A DNA stretch of 42,049 bases, taken from contig JYFJ02003418.1 of the NCBI GenBank assembly GCA_000934665.2, positions 1 to 42,049 on the forward strand. Direction: 5' to 3'. Below the pieces are notes generated by a model. The model did no database searches. It was not told the DNA's origin and saw nothing but the letters and a program-made list of their open reading frames with translations. This document shows, piece by piece, positions 37,302-42,049 of the stretch; position 1 is the first letter of the stretch, and every line of letters starts with the position of its first letter. Made by a program: the position numbers and the translations under genes. The stretch comes from Catajapyx aquilonaris (lineage: Eukaryota).

Positions 37302-37883
37302 AGTAGGCTGAATTCCATCGTAGGGCGTTCCTTCTCCAGAGTTGCAGTCTGACCCGCGGTCACCGGGGTCACCACGGATGTGCATGTAGTCCGGAGTATT
37401 GGCCGCCAAAAGCGCCGGATGCAAGAGGGTCGGCGGATGGGTGATGGGTGGCGAATCCGAATCCCGGCATGACCGTTCGCCCGGGGGCGTACCAGTACGA
37501 TGTTGCCCGTAGAAGGAACCGTACGGTGAGAAGATCTGCGAGTCCTGGAGGGACGGGTTAGGTATGGCCACCGAGGTGGGTAAGGAAACCGGCAGGAGAG
37601 GTGGTGGTGGTGGTGCGTAGGGTCTGGGCGAGGGCGAATCCCTGGATCCGCCCATGGGTCCCATCCCGCCGCCTCCTCCACCTCCGCCTCCTCCGCCACC
37701 CATCATCCCACCACCGTTGCCTCCACAGTTGCCCCCGTTGCCCATGCCTCCTCCCATGCCTCCTCCACCACCGCATCCGCCCCCGTTCCCTGGACCCACC
37801 ATTGAGGTCGGGTACTTGGGACCGTCGTTCTCCTGACCCAGCAACCGGCTCACGGTTCGAGGGGTGATCCTCGTGTCCGTCAC
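37302..37883 (-). CDS. pros: prospero coding exon VTDTRITPRTVSRLL...YDGIQPT (extends to 37279 in the U2-spliced isoform)
   Basis: Acceptor CGCAG|GTG at 37885-37884 joins KKKRHK to VTDTRITPRTVSR, as in insect Pros. Contains LLPVSLPTSVAIPNPSL and HPPTLLHPALLAA. Ends at ACT|ATATCCTTT (U12 donor) or CG|GTAAAG (U2 donor, 23 nt further). Confidence 0.95.
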
Positions 37884-38754
37884 CTGCGCGATAAGTCACG
37901 GATTAATCAAAATCCCCTACCAGATGACCTCACGCAATGCGTCCTGGAATATAGTTGGCCAGAATAGGGGGGGAGTTTGGCTCTCTCGATACCTATGCAA
38001 ATCAAGAGCCTGGAGCGGAGTTGTGTTTGTGACAGTTCGAAAAAATAAAAAAAAATCCAGGTAATATAGTATTGGCCGTATGGTCAAGTGCTTCGTTGTC
38101 CCTAAAATAAAATGTTTAGGGTGTATATCCGCAGGAAATGTCAAAATGAAGCACTGCTTATACCAGATGCGGGTAGGAATAGGGGAGGGTTCACTATATA
38201 AAAATAGTAGTTGAAAAACTGGTAGAGTAAATTATAGGTGGAGTGGGTGAATGGGGATATTGAGCCAATCCTTATTTACCGGTCAAGCGTGCGTTCGCAC
38301 CTGTTTGATGTGAAAAAAAGATTGCGAGGCATGCAGCCATCCGATTAATGATGCAACTTGACCATTATTGTGTAATAAAATGGCATGCAAATTCCGAAGG
38401 CGATTAGAGAAGAAAGGGCAAAAAATCACGTGCATTATAATAGTGTGTCACGAAGCTTTTGTAAGTAGGACTACCTCAATATAAAAAATATACATACAGC
38501 CAGCGCTATATCGATGATGACACCAAGTGATGGTGTAGTTGACACTTGATGACAACCGATTGCCACCTGTCCTACATACCCATAAAATAAACCTTGACCT
38601 ACTTGGACAAATATTGCTTATAAAATAAACATGCAGAATAATAATATGAAGCATGCAGAATGGATTATACCACCAGCATAAACTGTCGAAAAAATGTAAT
38701 AGCACAAAACAGCATGTAAGTTGAGATAGGAGAGATGGTGCGACAATTTCCTAC

Positions 38755-41700
38755 CTTATGACGCTTCTTCTTGGGGGTGACCACCAAGCTAAGGGCTTCG
38801 TTCTGCTCGGGTATGCTGTCCCTTCCGCCGCCTCCGCCGCATCCGGGTCCACTGCCTTGGCCGCCAGGACCTCCGGGGCCGCCCCCGTTGCCATTTCCGC
38901 CCCCTCCACCATTGCTACCATCACCTAAGTGGTGGTAACCTGGCGGAGTGTGAGCAGGGTGGTGACCTCCGACTCCGGGGTGATTCTGCCCCCCGTGGCC
39001 GTGGCCCATGTGACCATGGCCACCGCCGCCCCCGAGGCCGCCCATGTTGCTGGAGTACAAGGGCTTGGGCGTCTGGTAGAGGCCCAGAGGGTTATTCCTC
39101 AGGGCATTGAGGTTGTTGGCAAGGTTGCCGAGGCTGCCCAGGTTGGAGAGGTTGGAGAGGCCGGCCGCGGACCCGGGACCACCGGGACCGCCGCCACCAC
39201 CACCTCCACCGCCGCCTCCTGGGCCACCTCCGCCGTTGTTGTTACCCCCAGAGCCGCCACCGGAGCCGGGGCCGCCCCCCATGTCACCAGGGTGATGCTG
39301 CGAAGGCGCGCCGCCAGCAGGGCTGAAGGCGTTCCCGTTGACTCGGCTGCCTCGGTCGATGACTTTGGTCCTGGGTGATTTGGACCGATCGAGAAGTTGA
39401 GAGGCCATCAGAAGATCTTTGTTCAGCTGGTCAGCGGCATCCTGGGCTTGTTTGCCCAGCAAGCGCCTTTGGTGGACAAACCTGGCCACGATGGAGTCGA
39501 TCAGGATGGCCAGCGATGCGGTGATCTCGGCTTTCAGCACCTCCGCGAGGTTCTCCAGGTCGGCACCGGTCAAGGGGGCGCCCCGAAGAAAGGAGATCTT
39601 CTCCGACAGCTCCGAGGCCTTGGCTTCGGCGTCTTTCAGCAGCCGGGCGTCGTGTTCTTGTAAGAGGCGTCGGGTCAGGTCGAGATAAAAAGCGGCGTCG
39701 TTGGCTTCGCCGCTAGCACCACCTCCATTACCTGCTCCTCCGTTACCTCCTCCGAGTCCGTTGTTCATCCCCATGCCTCCAGGTCCATGCGGCCCGTGCG
39801 GTCCATGAGGGCCGTGCGGGCCGTGCGGTCCGTGAGGGCCGTGGGGATGTTGCGCCGGTTTCGGAGACACGGAATTCATCATCTTGTCCTTGATAGGCGT
39901 TGGTGGTTGCGCCTGTTGCTGTGCCTGCACCTGCGCATGGGCTGCGGCTGCTGCTGCTGCCGCTGCCTGCAACCCGCGCGGAATGGTAGAGCCGGGCTGC
40001 GGATGCACGTGCGGTCCATGATGTCCATGGGGATGCATGTGGGAACCGTGTGGACCGTGTGGACCGTGTGGTCCGTGTGGCCCATGCGGATGACCCACGC
40101 TGCCAGGTGGATGACCTCCGGAGACAAGGTTGTGGTTTCCGGACATAAGGGAAGGATGATGATGAGATAGGGTTGGGGATTTGAGCTCATGGTCGTGATG
40201 GTTGTGCATGTTGACGGGATGTTGCATGTGATGCGGTACCCCGACTGGGCCCTGCGGCATGTTGTTGTTATTGTTGCCGCTATTGTTGTTGCTGTTGTTT
40301 GAGGGGGTCACCATGGAGGCACCTCCCGGCCCAGAGCTGCTTCCACCCAGCTCCATGTCCAAATCGTTCCCGTCATCACCAGAGTTGTCCATGGCGTCGG
40401 AGCCACCGACTCGGTGACACAACTGCACGTACTTTTCTTGCATAACTGCCAACTGTTGTTGCATGCTCCTCAGCTGACTTTTGAGGGCGTCTGCAGATTC
40501 CAAGTCTGCCATCTTGCGCTGGTGGTGGATCTGCTGCTGATGTTGGTGCAGGTGGTGGTGTTGGTGGTGTTGACTGGGCGGCATGGCCATGCTGAGGGGG
40601 GCCGCTAAGTCGAGGTCATCGTCATCTTCCTCATCGTCGTCGTCCAGACTGGCCAACGACGAATATCGGACACTGTCGTGTTGTTGGGGATGGTATAACT
40701 TTCGCTTTTTGCAACCGTTCACTTGCACCGGAAGAGAGGGACTTGATCGCATAAAGCTCACGATATTTTCCACTCGCGCCCGCTTCAGCTCCACGGGGTC
40801 CCTCTGCGACGGTGCATCGTCGTTGCTGGATCGGCCCAGTGGCGACGTTGGGCCTGAATTTGGGGCATGCGTCGGTGGAGAGGGACTCCTTTCTTCCCCG
40901 TCGGAAGCCCCACCTGTACCACTGCCGGCGCCACCACCCCCATTCATGGTAGGCGTCGTCATCTGTTCTGCGCTGTCCATTTTGGTATCTTCGTCACCTT
41001 CTCCACCGTCACTGTTCTTACCGTCGTCATTTGGTGGGAGTCCGTTCATGGCTCGCATCTGCTGCTGCTGATGCTGTTGTTGTTGTTGCTGCTGTTGTTG
41101 CTGCTGCTGCTGTAGTTGTGGTGTGGGTGGCGCCCCCAGGCGCCTCTGCCCAGAATCAGAGTCTTTGTCGCTTCCTGCCGGAGAACGCACCATTTTGTTG
41201 CTATTGTTTCCGTTTCCGGTACCTGGAGTTGCAGGGTTGTTGAGTCCGGCCACCGGCGACGTGTTCGAATTGCTTTGCCCCTGATGAGGAGGGCTGTCGG
41301 ACGCCGTCGAACTGGCAGGGCTTTGGTAATTGTCGGCCGAATCGCGTGACTTGCAGCGGGGCCCTTGGAGGATGTCTCGGAGCAGGTTGGCAGCGTCGAC
41401 CTCCTCTGCTAGAGAGGAAGCCCTCCTTGACACCACCGACGACGAAGAACTGCCGCTGTTGTTGCCAAAGGCACCAGCACCAGCTCCGACACCGTTACCC
41501 GGGGCAGAAGGCCCGTTGGGCTGCCCTGCACACGCGCCGAGCCCGTTGGACACACTGTTGCCAAGGCCGGACGGAGCACCGGTACCGGTGAGTCCCGCCA
41601 CACTGTCGAAATGTATCCCACCGTTCAGCTTGGCGTCCGAGTCCAGGGAATCGTCCCGGAAGTCGCAATCCAGCTTCATTTGTCGCGAAAGGAAGTCTGT

Positions 41701-42049
41701 GAGCATCTTATTCCCGCTGCTGGGGAACAGCTGCTGTTGCTGCTGTTGTTGCTGCGGGGAGTTTGCGGAATTGGGAGACTGTTGCTGCTGCTGTTGCGCA
41801 GGTTGTTGTTGTTGCTGGGACAGCGGCGAGTGCTGTCCAAGCGGGGATGATTGTTGCTGAGGCTGTTGCTGCTGCTGCTGCTGCGGTGGTCCCACCAGTT
41901 GTTGTTGCTGTTGGGACTGCTGCTGCTGCTGCTGCTGCGGTGAAGTCTGTTGCTGCTGGTAGTATCCACAAGGGTTGGGCGCGTAGTTAGCACACACCGC
42001 GTAATTCACTGGAGGACCCCCATTAGCGAGGTGTTGGGAATAAGGTGGT
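38755..42049 (-). CDS. pros: prospero, large N-terminal/central coding exon (5' end lies beyond the window)
   Basis: Frame of ORF 38665..42009 stays open to the window edge (..[18 protein letters not shown]..). It contains Prospero blocks [82 protein letters not shown] and [18 protein letters not shown]. It ends at donor AAG|GTAGGA (GT at 38754-38753), phase 0. Confidence 0.96.

Noticed and set aside
38929..41990. Many overlapping plus-strand and alternative-frame ORFs across the large pros exon
   Set aside because: Shadows of GC-rich, low-complexity coding sequence; no recognisable motifs.
42007..42009. ORF-track start of the 1114-aa ORF and its tail 38665-38754
   Set aside because: The 'start' is a GTG in a frame that stays open to the window edge, and the tail is intron read-through past the GTAGGA donor.

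Overview
Eukaryotic (very likely arthropod) genomic DNA with two distinct halves. From about 18 kb to the right edge lies the 3' part of a prospero (pros/PROX) homeo-prospero transcription-factor gene on the minus strand. It has five coding exons (>42049-38755, 37883-37302/37279, 35706/35657-35503, 31460-31316, 29579-29400); the start codon is outside the window. The stop is followed by about 11 kb in which I see no recognisable transposons, possibly a very long 3' UTR. The intron just before the homeodomain is a twintron: a U12-type AT-AC intron (37301-35658) encloses a U2-type GT-AG intron (37278-35707), predicting two isoforms that differ by 24 aa at the homeodomain N-terminus. Bases 1 to about 17 kb are a pile of mobile-element remains: nested Tc1/mariner MITEs, a fold-back built from two mariner 3' ends, five tRNA-derived SINE heads or copies (one V-domain-like), a Helitron-like 3' end, a decayed CR1-group LINE with a SINE insertion and an internal inversion, and an unexplained GC-rich palindromic module at 11.6-12.4 kb.
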